NCBI GenBank assembly: GCA_963677085.2
Contig: CAXXFH010000006.1
Span: 43,862 to 107,861 of the forward strand
Length of the DNA: 64,000 nucleotides
Direction of reading: 5' to 3'
Source: Thermoguttaceae bacterium
GTDB lineage: Bacteria; Planctomycetota; Planctomycetia; Pirellulales; Thermoguttaceae
Below the pieces are notes generated by a model. That model saw only the letters and a list, made by a program, of their open reading frames with translations, had not been told where the DNA came from and made no database searches. Made by a program: the position numbers and the translations under genes. Below are positions 46,034 through 57,887 of this stretch, piece by piece. The number at the start of each line of letters is the position of its first letter. The first letter of the stretch is position 1.

Positions 46034-47212
46034 ATGCCAGTTTGCGGAAATCCCAGGTTTATCGCCTTTTGCACGCGGTTTTCTGAGGACGGATCCGAGC
46101 TGGTGAACGACATAATCGATATTCCGTTGTCGGGCCAGCCGCTGCAATCCAGCCAGGCGGTCGATGGCTCGCCTCCTCCTCGCAACACGGCACCCACGCG
46201 GTTCCTGGCCGGTCCAGAAAACCATTTGGCCGTGGTGGCGGTCGAGGCAATCCTCGGCACCCCCCCCAACGGTTACAACCCGATTGTAATCTACGGGCCA
46301 AGTGGCAGCGGGAAATCGCATCTCGCTCGGGGTCTGGCCGCCGAATGGAAAAGTCGTCACCGTCGGCGCCGCGTAGTCTACACGACAGCCGTCGACTTCG
46401 CCCGTGAAGTCCGCGAGGCAGTAGAAGCGAACGCGATGGACGATTTCCGCGACCAATACCGGCAAACGGCGTTGCTGGTCGTGGAAGACGTCGGCCAATT
46501 GGCCGGCAAACCCCACTCACAGGAGGAGTTGGCATCGACCATCGAATGGCTGACGAAGAACGACGCATGGGTCATGGTCACGGCGGCCGCGGGGCCGTCG
46601 CAGCTAGCCGGTCTGTCGGATCGACTGCAGGGTCGGCTGATGGCGGGCCTCACCGTGCCCCTGAGTTTTCCCGGCCAGCCAGCCCGTCGGGCGATACTCC
46701 AACAGCTGGCTACGCAATGGGAAATCGATCTGGACGACACCGTGGCCGGTCTGCTGGCCGACGGTCTTCCGGTGAGCGTACCGGAATTAGGCGGCGCGTT
46801 GATGCAGCTTATGATGCCCACCCAGCTCGACCGGCAGGTGATCGGCGAACAGGCGATCGACCGGCAAGTAATCGATGCGGGCGCGGTGCACCAGTTTTTG
46901 GCCCTTCGAAAAACGCTGAACCGGCCGAGCCTTCGCGATATCGCTTTGGGCGCCGCACGATTTTTCTCCCTAAACCTGTCCGATTTGCGGGGACAGTCAC
47001 GTCGTCGGAATGTGGTGACTGCCCGCAGCGTGGCGATGTACCTCGCCCGCACATTTACCGAACAAAGCCTACAGCAAATTGGGGAGTATTTTGGGGGCCG
47101 GGACCATACCACGGTAATGCACAGTTGCCGCAAGGTAGAGGGACTCCGCAACTGCGATCCGGCCGTTCGCGCGGCGGTCAACCATTTGGAGCAAGCGTGG
47201 AGTGTGGGTTAG
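46034..47212 (+). CDS. dnaA: Chromosomal replication initiator DnaA (short N-terminal region)
   Basis: AAA+ Walker A IYGPSGSGKSHL, Walker B LLVVEDV, and domain IV RRRNVVTARSVAMYLARTFTEQSLQQIGEYFGGRDHTTVMHSCRKV. The start is uncertain (ATG 46034 or GTG 46103). Confidence 0.9.
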   Translation: MPVCGNPRFIAFCTRFSEDGSELVNDIIDIPLSGQPLQSSQAVDGSPPPRNTAPTRFLAGPENHLAVVAVEAILGTPPNGYNPIVIYGPSGSGKSHLARGLAAEWKSRHRRRRVVYTTAVDFAREVREAVEANAMDDFRDQYRQTALLVVEDVGQLAGKPHSQEELASTIEWLTKNDAWVMVTAAAGPSQLAGLSDRLQGRLMAGLTVPLSFPGQPARRAILQQLATQWEIDLDDTVAGLLADGLPVSVPELGGALMQLMMPTQLDRQVIGEQAIDRQVIDAGAVHQFLALRKTLNRPSLRDIALGAARFFSLNLSDLRGQSRRRNVVTARSVAMYLARTFTEQSLQQIGEYFGGRDHTTVMHSCRKVEGLRNCDPAVRAAVNHLEQAWSVG

Positions 47213-47321
47213 TGGAATACGGGCTGATCGACCACCATGTTCATGTCCGGCGCTTACCTGACAAGCAGCCAGTGGCACCCAACTTACGGAAGCACCGGTT
47301 TGGTTGGCAGCCCTACCGCCC

Positions 47322-47330
47322 TGTGGAAAA
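47322..47330 (-). promoter_or_regulatory. Candidate DnaA box (TTTTCCACA on the minus strand)
   Basis: Matches TTWTNCACA exactly. It lies in the dnaA-dnaN spacer next to a family-C repeat. Only one perfect box was seen by eye. Confidence 0.3.
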
Positions 47331-47583
47331 CCTGTTGAAACCGTGTTGGTTTGCTGTTGATGCCGAGGTGGTTACCGACAGCTATCGCCAACCGTCGAGG
47401 ATCTTCACTAACAGCTAACACAATACCGCCAGAGGATCGACAGCACGTCGACAGGTTGTCCACCGTCGGCTACCGCCAAGTAACTTCAGTGTCTGCAACT
47501 ACTTAGCGACATACCACATGCCTAAACCGACAGATTGCTGTCGCTTATTACTACTGCTACTAGTTTAAAGATTGGTTAGAACA

Positions 47584-48702
47584 ATGAAGCTGACCTGCGA
47601 ACGTGAGAAGCTCTTGCACGCGTTTCAAATGGCCGCCAGCGTGGCTCCCACACGGAGCCCCAAGCCCATCTTGCAGAACGTGAAGCTGGAGGTGACGCCT
47701 GAACTCGTCACGTTGACAGGAACGGATTTGGAGATTGGAATTCGTATCGAGGTCGCAGGCTTCGAGATAGAAGCTCCCGGCAGCGTCGTCTTGCCGATCG
47801 CCCGCGTTGGCTCGATCTTACGGGAAAGCACCGACGAGAAAATCCACTTCCATAGCGACGGGACCAAAATCTTCGTGCGAGGCGAGCGAAGCGAGTTCCA
47901 GCTTCCCTCGGAGAATCCCGACGAGTTTCCCAATGTGGAAACCTTTACGGCCGAAACGTATCACGAGATGCCGGCCCGCTTCTTCCGCGAGGTGGTGCGC
48001 CGCACGACTTTCGCCACCGACAACGAAAGCAGCCGTTACGCCTTGGGGGGGGTGCTGTTGGAGCTTGGCGAGTCGACCCTTACGGCCGTGGGAACCGACG
48101 GCCGTCGCTTGGCTCGTCAGGAAGGCCCGGCCACTTCAGTCGGAGGACACGATACTAGCGACAAGACCACGATCATTCCCACGCGGGCTATGCAGTTGAT
48201 TGCTCGGGCACTGGCCGACAACGACGAAAACATTCAGTTGGTCGCTCGAGATAACGACGTGCTGGTGCGCAGCGGTTCGGCAACGATCTACACCCGGCTT
48301 GTCGAAGGGCGGTTTCCCAAGTGGCGTGATGTCTTCCCGCGTGGCGACGGGGTGCAAAAGATCGAGTTGAATGTGGGCGTCTTCCGTTCGGCGGTCAAGC
48401 AGGCCGCGATCGTTACCAGTGAGGATCGCCGTGGGGTGGACTTCACCTTTGGCGACGGGAAGGCAACCCTTGCCGGCCACGGGGCGGAGTTGGGGGAGTC
48501 GCATATCGAATTGCCGATCAGCTACGACGGTCCCGAGGTGGGCATTACGCTCGACCCTCGCTACCTCAGCGATTTTCTCAATGTGCTGGATCCCGAGGGG
48601 ACCTTTGAGTTTCATCTGCGCGATGCCGAGAGCGCCGGTGTGTGTTACACCGACGACGGCTATGGCTACGTGATCATGCCCCTGGCCCGGGATCAGAAGT
48701 AA
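47584..48702 (+). CDS. dnaN: DNA polymerase III beta sliding clamp
   Basis: MKLTCEREKLLHAFQMAASVAPTRSPKPILQNVKL and a three-domain clamp pattern, directly downstream of dnaA. Confidence 0.9.
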   Translation: MKLTCEREKLLHAFQMAASVAPTRSPKPILQNVKLEVTPELVTLTGTDLEIGIRIEVAGFEIEAPGSVVLPIARVGSILRESTDEKIHFHSDGTKIFVRGERSEFQLPSENPDEFPNVETFTAETYHEMPARFFREVVRRTTFATDNESSRYALGGVLLELGESTLTAVGTDGRRLARQEGPATSVGGHDTSDKTTIIPTRAMQLIARALADNDENIQLVARDNDVLVRSGSATIYTRLVEGRFPKWRDVFPRGDGVQKIELNVGVFRSAVKQAAIVTSEDRRGVDFTFGDGKATLAGHGAELGESHIELPISYDGPEVGITLDPRYLSDFLNVLDPEGTFEFHLRDAESAGVCYTDDGYGYVIMPLARDQK

Positions 48703-48725
48703 CTCGAAGAAGTGAGCCAAACTGT

Positions 48726-49028
48726 ATGGCCAAGAGACCTCAAGCGATCGGTGACGTACTTGCCGAACTGATGGCCCGGCGCGGTTTCAACCGGGTCGAG
48801 GCCGCCGAGGTTTTGGAGACGGCCTGGGTGAAAGCAGCCGGGACGTTGGCCGCGAAGTATACCCGGGTGGCCGGGATTCGTCGCGGCAAACTCGAAGTGG
48901 TGGTGGCCAACTCTACTTTGATGCAAGAACTCGTCTTCCAAAAGGCGGCCCTTCGGAAGACGCTGAGCGAAGAACTTCCCGACGAGCAAATTCAAGACCT
49001 GCGATTTCGCGTGGGGAAGATCGATTGA
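48726..49028 (+). CDS. DUF721 (DciA-like) small protein
   Basis: 100 aa. IGDVLAELMARRGF...RGKLEVVVANSTLMQELVFQK is the DUF721 pattern. It sits in the classic position between dnaN and gyrB. Confidence 0.75.
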   Translation: MAKRPQAIGDVLAELMARRGFNRVEAAEVLETAWVKAAGTLAAKYTRVAGIRRGKLEVVVANSTLMQELVFQKAALRKTLSEELPDEQIQDLRFRVGKID

Positions 49029-49131
49029 AGAACGAAACACACGACGAACCTGTCAGAGTTTTTTAAAGCGGAATTTTAGCGACCAACGGAAGCGGGGTCT
49101 TGCCTGGGTGCGGTAGCACCGGTTTGGTTGA

Positions 49132-51714
<2,583 letters not shown>

Positions 51715-51754
51715 CGGCTCTCTGCTGCGCCCACCCACCAGAGGGTAAATCCCG

Positions 51755-51802
51755 CCAAGAAACACATCAATCTGTCGGGTGGTGTGTTTCTTGGTCGTTT
51801 TT
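51755..51802 (+). terminator. Rho-independent terminator after gyrB
   Basis: Perfect 12-bp stem ccaagaaacaca / tgtgtttcttgg (51755-51766 / 51783-51794) followed by tcgttttt. Confidence 0.7.
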
Positions 51803-51915
51803 GGAGGCGACCGCCGGCGGTTTGTTTTTTAACGTCGGCAACGATTGGTTGCACTACTCTCCGCGACCTGGGCTGCTCCATAATTGGTGCTCGGAGTGTT
51901 GGTGATGCCAGAGTC

Positions 51916-52584
51916 CTATCCGCCACCGATACTCGAAATCGCGTTCTTCGCCGCCAGACGCGTGTACCCGTGATCCGAATCGGCGGCGGCACGCAGTGCA
52001 TTGCATGCGTCAACAGCGGGCTTGCCAATGCGGCCAAGGCGGAGCGCCGCCCAATTCTGTTCGTGGTCGGTACCGTGGACAAGGATTTCCACAAAAACGT
52101 GAACGGTCTCGGGCAGATAGCGCCCAAACTCTTCCAAGGCTGACGCGGAAGCAAATCGAACGCGAATGTCAGGGTCCGATAATCGCTGGTGAAATAGTCC
52201 GATGACCGTTTCGGGATCTCTTCCCCAATCAGGCAGTACGGGATCGCGTTCGCCCAAGACCTGTTCTACCAACATCGTTGTTGTACAGAGGCGCCAACCA
52301 CATTCCATAAGCAACTCAATAGCCCGTTGGCGATGCGCGGGAGTCTCCGAATTGAGCCGCTCAAGAAGAAATGGCACAGCGGCTGAGTCAAGCCCTTTGA
52401 TCAAGGCGCATGACACGTCTTGAATGGGAGCCTGGGGATCAAAAGTCAACTCAAAGACACGACTCAGCCACGGCAGGGCCGCCTTCCCGTGCGCCTTCAA
52501 ATTACGCACGGCGATCGCTCGATTGAGCCAATCGGTATCGTCCGAAAGCTGCGCGCTAATGTCTTCGGGAGGCTGTAGGTTCAT
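51916..52584 (-). CDS. HEAT/Armadillo-like repeat protein
   Basis: Repeated helical units containing ...RxxAxxAL..G..A.P.L pattern (AVRNLKAHGKAALPWL; RQRAIELLMECG; VRFASASALEEFG; AALRLGRIGKPAV). The start was moved to ATG 52584. Lower GC than the flanks. Confidence 0.55.
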   Translation of the reverse strand: MNLQPPEDISAQLSDDTDWLNRAIAVRNLKAHGKAALPWLSRVFELTFDPQAPIQDVSCALIKGLDSAAVPFLLERLNSETPAHRQRAIELLMECGWRLCTTTMLVEQVLGERDPVLPDWGRDPETVIGLFHQRLSDPDIRVRFASASALEEFGRYLPETVHVFVEILVHGTDHEQNWAALRLGRIGKPAVDACNALRAAADSDHGYTRLAAKNAISSIGGG

Positions 52585-52619
52585 CGTGATGTGTCCAATT
52601 GCAGACCAGCGACGGGGCC

Positions 52620-53129
52620 TTACGTAACCCAGAATCCCAGGTCCTCCAGAGGTTCTCCGCAGACAGGGCATTTTGGAGTGCCCGACTGAAGCTTCTCCGC
52701 AGTGATGACGTTACCCTTGTCCGAACAGATGGGACAAACGAAGTTGTCGAAACCAGTAAACTGGTCGCTGCTCTCCTTTGGCTTGCCCGGCGGCATCGAC
52801 GCTTGATTCTTCTCCCACAAACAAGAGCGCTTCTCATGGTAGAGATATCTGTCTAGCGTGCCCTCAGTCACAGCGTGCTCAACATAGTGCGTAACTCCGC
52901 ATTTTCCACAGGCGAACGCTGTGCGGGAACCATATCCACTGGAAAAATCATGGTAGTGATACCAACCCACGGACATCGTGAAGTTGCACTTCCGACAGAT
53001 TAGATCTTGTGGCATTTTGCTGCTGGTCTCGGACGATCCAGGTTTCGAAAGGGTAGAGATGTCGGAAGGGTTAGGGGTCTCGCGAGTCGTCTTGGCCGAA
53101 GGAAGGCGGTCTTTGGAAACGACTTTCAA
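52620..53129 (-). CDS. Hypothetical double zinc-ribbon protein
   Basis: Four CxxC pairs (CRKC...CGKC; CPIC...CPVC). An alternative start is ATG 53015. It lies 35 bp upstream of the HEAT gene. Confidence 0.5.
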   Translation of the reverse strand: MKVVSKDRLPSAKTTRETPNPSDISTLSKPGSSETSSKMPQDLICRKCNFTMSVGWYHYHDFSSGYGSRTAFACGKCGVTHYVEHAVTEGTLDRYLYHEKRSCLWEKNQASMPPGKPKESSDQFTGFDNFVCPICSDKGNVITAEKLQSGTPKCPVCGEPLEDLGFWVT

Positions 53130-53166
53130 CCCTTGTTTTCCTTGTGTTCAACGCTTGGGTTGCCGA

Positions 53167-53844
53167 CTACGTTCGCGGATCGGTGACGCCCGTATCAAAC
53201 GGGTTCTCTTCGCGCCAACCGAAAGATTCGAACCGTTCATCCCCGGCCATTATGTCATCAATTACATCAGCGACGTAATCAACAGCGTTCCGTACCACCG
53301 TGTCTGATTGCAGCCGCAATAGCTTTCGCCGTGGTTTAATCGCGACGAGCCAACAATAGTCGAGGTAAGTCCATGGATAGATCAACAAGGCAATGGATGT
53401 CGCAGAGTCAATCGTACGAATACTCGCGTACCATCCCCAATCTTCCATCGTCGGATCAGTCTCGTGCGTGATATTCGGAAATGGCAACAACCTTGCGTAG
53501 AGCCAGCCCGTGCAGTCGCCACCGACAAACCATTGACCAATCTGGTCGTCCTCTTGGTGGTAGAGGAACAGTTCGGAACGGAACAACAGAAAGTTACGTG
53601 TTGTGTTGGCCAATGCGCTCGATTCCGAAACGGGTTTCCGGACTTTGTGGGCGAACTCGTTTGTGGGAAGTCTCTGTCTATCACAGGAAGATTGCATTCC
53701 TACGGCCCAACGCGCAGACAGCCAAGTATCGCAATCCGAAGGTTGAGCAACATCTGTTCTGTAAATTCTGTTGACCTTCTTTTCTGTGGTTAAGGAAAGT
53801 GGAGCGGCTTTGCCGCGGTTTTTATTGGCGTTCACGCAGACCAA
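53167..53844 (-). CDS. Hypothetical protein (N-terminus probably overlaps or is created by the IS end; alternative start ATG 53697)
   Basis: Long ORF in the low-GC segment with no recognised motif. The ORF start is only 6 nt from the transposase stop codon. Confidence 0.45.
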   Translation of the reverse strand: MVCVNANKNRGKAAPLSLTTEKKVNRIYRTDVAQPSDCDTWLSARWAVGMQSSCDRQRLPTNEFAHKVRKPVSESSALANTTRNFLLFRSELFLYHQEDDQIGQWFVGGDCTGWLYARLLPFPNITHETDPTMEDWGWYASIRTIDSATSIALLIYPWTYLDYCWLVAIKPRRKLLRLQSDTVVRNAVDYVADVIDDIMAGDERFESFGWREENPFDTGVTDPRT

Positions 53845-55210
53845 GGGGGCTCATTGCCGCCCCCTTGGAACCCGGCTAGCCTTTCTCTGTGTTCCGCTGG
53901 CTGACGCGTTTACCGGCATCGTCAGATAGACTTTGCCCGTCTCCCAGTCGTCGCTGGTTTCGCTGAGGATGGCGCTGACCAGACGCAGCAACGACGCTTC
54001 GTTGGGAAACAGCGTCGCCACGCGAGTCCGACGTTTGATCTCTTGATTGAGCCGTTCCAACGCGTTGGTGGTGCGCAGGCGGCGCTGATGGGTCGCGGGC
54101 AACTCGAAAACCGTGAGGCCTTCGGGGACGTTGGTTTCCATCCAGGCCGACAGATCGGGCGCACGGTCCGCGTATTTTTTCACCAGTTGCGCGAGCAGCC
54201 GATCGGCCTCGTAACGGTCCGGCGCATTGAACACGTTTCGCAGGTCTTGACTGACTTCCAGACGCATCGACACCTTCGGCACGTAGTGCAGCGCGTTCTG
54301 CATGAGGTGGAACTGGCAGCGTTGCCAGGCGATCCCCGGAAAGCCGGCCTTGCGGGCTTGTTTCAGGCCCGCGTGATCGTCGGAGGCGATCAACTGCACG
54401 CCGTGAAGGCCTCGATCGATCAGGCTTTTCAAAAAGTCGCGCCAGTGGACTTCCGCTTCGGATAATGAAACACTGACGCCCAGGACGCTTCGCCGGCCGT
54501 TGTCGAGCACTCCGATCGCAATCAAGACCGCGCAGTCGCGTACGCTGCCGCCGTGGCGCACTTTCTCGTAGCGGGCATCCAAGATAAGGTAGGGCGTTCT
54601 TGCTAATGGTCGATTGCGCCACGCCTCCAGTTCTTCGTCGAGCAGCCCGGCGGCGCGGCTCACTTGGCTGCTGCTCACGTCCAGGCCGCACAGTTCCTTC
54701 GTGATTTCCGCCACCTTTCGCGTGGACACGCCTTGGACGTACATCTCGGCCACGGCCAGCTTCAACGCCCGTTCGCTACGCTCTCCTCGATCGAGCGCGG
54801 AGGGGTAGAACTCGACGTCCCGCGTTTGGGGCACCTTCAGATTCAGGCGTCCGAGGCGACTGTTGACCGTCTTGGGCTTGAAGCCGTTGGCATAGCCCCG
54901 CCGCGACTCGCTGCGCTGGTAGGGCATCGCCCCCAAGGCGTCGGCCCGCTGGAGCTTCATCGCCTCGTTCATCAGGATCTCGATCGCTTCGGCCATTCCG
55001 TCGAACCCGTGCTCGCTGAGCAGTTGGAACAATTCCTCGAAACAGGTAGAATGATCGTCGTGGGCCATGAAGGTCTCCTTTCGCATGAGTGATGTCTTGC
55101 GAAAAGAAGATCAACATTGGCCCACACTTTTTCAAGCCGGCTTCCGAAATCAGGCCATCACGGTAGACTCGATAGTCACTGTCAATTTACAGACGAAAGT
55201 TTACACGACC
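53750..55210 (-). mobile_element. IS256-family insertion sequence (ends approximate)
   Basis: Transposase CDS plus about 100-140 bp of flanks. Only a weak candidate terminal match was found (tctgtaaatt at 53758-53767 versus the rc of 55186-55195), so the ends are not firmly defined. Confidence 0.4.
53851..55068 (-). CDS. IS256-family (Mutator-type) transposase
   Basis: AAGGAG RBS lies 6-7 nt upstream of ATG 55068. Sequence LLSEHGFDGMAEAIEILMNEAMKLQRADALGA...RRGYANGFKPKTVNSRLGRLNLKVPQTRD...MYVQGVSTRKV...DARYEKVR...WQRCQFHLMQN...LERLNQEIKRRT is the canonical IS256 transposase pattern. Confidence 0.9.
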   Translation of the reverse strand: MAHDDHSTCFEELFQLLSEHGFDGMAEAIEILMNEAMKLQRADALGAMPYQRSESRRGYANGFKPKTVNSRLGRLNLKVPQTRDVEFYPSALDRGERSERALKLAVAEMYVQGVSTRKVAEITKELCGLDVSSSQVSRAAGLLDEELEAWRNRPLARTPYLILDARYEKVRHGGSVRDCAVLIAIGVLDNGRRSVLGVSVSLSEAEVHWRDFLKSLIDRGLHGVQLIASDDHAGLKQARKAGFPGIAWQRCQFHLMQNALHYVPKVSMRLEVSQDLRNVFNAPDRYEADRLLAQLVKKYADRAPDLSAWMETNVPEGLTVFELPATHQRRLRTTNALERLNQEIKRRTRVATLFPNEASLLRLVSAILSETSDDWETGKVYLTMPVNASASGTQRKASRVPRGRQ

Positions 55211-55530
55211 AATCCGAATCGCGGCAGTCGGTGACTCGGTTGTATCACCTTGTTCCGCGTGATAGGGATTTTTTACCTGGCGATCATAGGACCGACCGGT
55301 CGGCAGGATTGCCCACGTCGCGGCCGTCGCGGTTCCAAGCGTGTGTGTCGATCCATCGTGATACGAACGTTCGGGAATTTCCCCCAAGTGTACACTCCCG
55401 AGGAGCACACTAAGAGCTCCTCAATTGAAATGCCCACTGAAGTGTCCGTCAAGGCCCCTTGGAAGCGTGGGTGCGCGATTGCAGGTACAACCGCTCCTTT
55501 CGCGCATTCCCACGACGGATAAACCCGCGT

Positions 55531-55598
55531 GTGTGCCACTGGCTCTGCCAGTGCTGGTGACCGTAGCGTTCTCCGCACTGGCAGGGCCAGTGGCACAC
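55531..55598. repeat. Strong 24-bp-stem hairpin
   Basis: gtgtgccactggctctgccagtgc (55531-55554) versus gcactggcagggccagtggcacac (55575-55598): 23/24 complementary with a 20-nt loop. Confidence 0.7.
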
Positions 55599-55835
55599 AA
55601 AGCCGGCCGAAGATACGCTCCCGCAACGTTGACGCGCTACGCCAGAAGACAGCAACTCTCTGTCCCTGACGCCTTCGCCGCTTTGCGAGAACATCCCGTG
55701 AAAACCGAATACCGCGAAATTGGCGGGCGGCTCGTCGCGAACGACGTATCAACCGCCGGCATTCTGCAGCAACAGCGCGATGGGCTGTTCCGGACGGCGC
55801 CGAAAAAACCGAGACCTAACCGTCCCGCCCCGCGC

Positions 55836-57206
55836 TTATTTCGCGCCGGCGGTCAGCAACTGGTGCAGTTCGCCGGTCTTCAGCGTGCGCGTTACGCGGA
55901 AGATGCCCGCGGGGCCAGTGGGCATGCCGGCGTAGATGAAGATGTGTTGCACGCCCCGCTTGGCGTCGATCACCGCTCCGCCGGGATGCATGCCATCGGC
56001 CGTGGCCTTGGCGCAGATGCCGTGGCGGCGCAGCAGGGTGCCTTTGAATCGCCATGTGGCGCTGCCTTCGTCCAACTCGGCTGGGGCGATACTCCAGAGG
56101 TTCAATGTTTGGCTGTCGCGGTCCAGTTCGTGGCCCGGGCCGCCGCCGTTGCGGTTGGTCACCACGGCTTCGATCCGGCCCGACATCGGGTTTATGCAAA
56201 GCGAGGTGGTATCTTGCGTCCAAGGGCCGTGGTATGCACCGCCGCCGATGTCTCGGGTGTCGGAACAACGGATGTTCGTCAACTGCGGGGTTAACGGCCG
56301 TCGGCCGTTGCGCGAGAACAACTGCACGTAGCGCCACGTTTTTCGCTCAGGTTCGAAGCTCGCGGCACCGTGACATCGGGCCAACACGAGTAACCGACCG
56401 TCGAACGTCAGTAGCGTGGGTTCGATCGGCGTGGCGAAATCGGGCAACTGCTGCATTTGCTCCTGCCACGTACGGCCCCCGTCGCGCGAGTAACGAAGCC
56501 AGAGTTCCGGCGGGATGTAGGGCGTGTGGTCCGGGTTGCGCCGCTTCTGGCTCGCGTCGTGGCCGGCGCACAGCAAGCCGTACTCGGGATGTTCGATCAG
56601 GCGCGGCCCGTGGTTCGTCCTTGGCCCCTTGAGTTGACCTTCGCCAAAGGCGCCGGGCAAGTGTTGCCACGTGACGCCTTCGTCGGACGAGCGGAACACA
56701 CCGTAGCTGGTGCCCACGACCACGGTGCCATCGGTTGTCGTGCCGATCGAGTTACCGAAGCCTCGGCGGCAACCCGGGGTCTGCGTTTCGACCAGATCGC
56801 CGAGGCTTAGGGGCTTCGACCAGGTGTGGCCCCCGTCGGTCGATCGCACGACGACGGCGTTGCTGGTGAATTTATCGCGTGGTGCCTTGTCTCCCCAGTG
56901 CTGTGGGATGCGGTAGAAGACAACAATGATCGCCCGCCTGGCCATCGTGGCCACCGGCCAACCGAAATGGTCGTTGTTGCCCAGCAGCGTGTCGCCCTCG
57001 GGCAAGACGACCGGGGCGATCTCCAGCAGATCGTTGGCCTTGGCAAGCAGGGCTTGGGTGGGGGCGTCTAGCGCCAGGATCTTTTTGGCTGTCGTCGACG
57101 TTGTTGGGGAAGTTGACGGCATGGCATCATCAGCCCCACGACTTACGGCTGAGACGGCAATGGTGGAAATCAAGAGCACTGCGACCGAAAGCATGCGGCA
57201 GTACAT
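55836..57206 (-). CDS. Secreted BNR-repeat (sialidase-fold) protein
   Basis: Signal peptide MYCRMLSVAVLLISTIAVSAVS. BNR motifs STDGGHTW, SSDEGVTW and SRDGGRTW. The start was moved to ATG 57206. Confidence 0.8.
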   Translation of the reverse strand: MYCRMLSVAVLLISTIAVSAVSRGADDAMPSTSPTTSTTAKKILALDAPTQALLAKANDLLEIAPVVLPEGDTLLGNNDHFGWPVATMARRAIIVVFYRIPQHWGDKAPRDKFTSNAVVVRSTDGGHTWSKPLSLGDLVETQTPGCRRGFGNSIGTTTDGTVVVGTSYGVFRSSDEGVTWQHLPGAFGEGQLKGPRTNHGPRLIEHPEYGLLCAGHDASQKRRNPDHTPYIPPELWLRYSRDGGRTWQEQMQQLPDFATPIEPTLLTFDGRLLVLARCHGAASFEPERKTWRYVQLFSRNGRRPLTPQLTNIRCSDTRDIGGGAYHGPWTQDTTSLCINPMSGRIEAVVTNRNGGGPGHELDRDSQTLNLWSIAPAELDEGSATWRFKGTLLRRHGICAKATADGMHPGGAVIDAKRGVQHIFIYAGMPTGPAGIFRVTRTLKTGELHQLLTAGAK

Positions 57207-57650
57207 GGCAAGGTCTCCTGGTAAGCAAGCGTAGCTAGTTGTTGTGAAAATATTCCCACACAAAATGGAATGATGATAGGCTAGGGGTTTCGAGACCACT
57301 TGTCAATTTTTGGGGCCGATGTCGAAAGGACTTTCGGAGAGCACTTTCGCGGGGTATTGGAGTGGGCAGGGCGTTGAAGGCCGAAGTCGGCGGCTTACTG
57401 GAGTTTGGCACACCGTTTGCTTCCTCTAAAAACGCCGGGACCAGACGAGAGGCAAACTTGACCCGAGAAGAGGCAAACTTTTTCGGGGTCGGAACAGAGG
57501 AGAGGCCCTGTCAGGGGGCCGGCAAAGAAGAAGAGGAAGAGTGCGACGTTTGAGAGGCGTCCCCGTTGGGTAATATCCGCTTTGAGTATCCCCTCAGGAC
57601 GGAGAAGAAGGCACCCCGACGGGTCGGAGGCAAACGCTTCCGAGTATCAA

Positions 57651-57704
57651 GGCGAGTTGGGGGTTGGTTGCCCGAGCGACCCTCAACTCGCCTGTTTTGT
57701 TTTG
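57651..57704 (+). terminator. Candidate rho-independent terminator with no upstream + strand CDS
   Basis: 13-bp stem ggcgagttggggg / ccctcaactcgcc (one G-U pair), 16-nt loop, then tgttttgttttg. Confidence 0.5.
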
Positions 57705-57887
57705 CTACAGCATAATTGAACATGTGTTGCGAAATAAAGCACTCGTGACCCACCCAGCGAAACGACTTCGCCACCCGTTTTTCATCTTTTCTGACAAAAT
57801 CTTGTCCTAACTTGGCTGGGACTGCATACTGGTGCAACGTCAGGTTTCAAGTGACAGGGAAAATTAGCGCCACTGGTTGTTTGCCGG

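Noticed and set aside
46029-46034. TACAAT as a -10 promoter element for dnaA.
   Set aside because: This is a single hexamer match with no convincing -35. It overlaps the first candidate ATG of the ORF and cannot be supported without TSS data.
55425-56294. 289-aa plus-strand ORF spanning the IS256-sialidase spacer and the 3' end of the sialidase-like gene.
   Set aside because: It overlaps the well-supported BNR gene on the opposite strand. It includes the 24-bp hairpin and the family-K repeat, and it has Arg/Ala/Gly-rich composition with no motif.
57511-57837. 108-aa minus-strand ORF in the MATE upstream region.
   Set aside because: It has no RBS, an odd composition, and overlaps the predicted plus-strand terminator. 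The region is better explained as non-coding.
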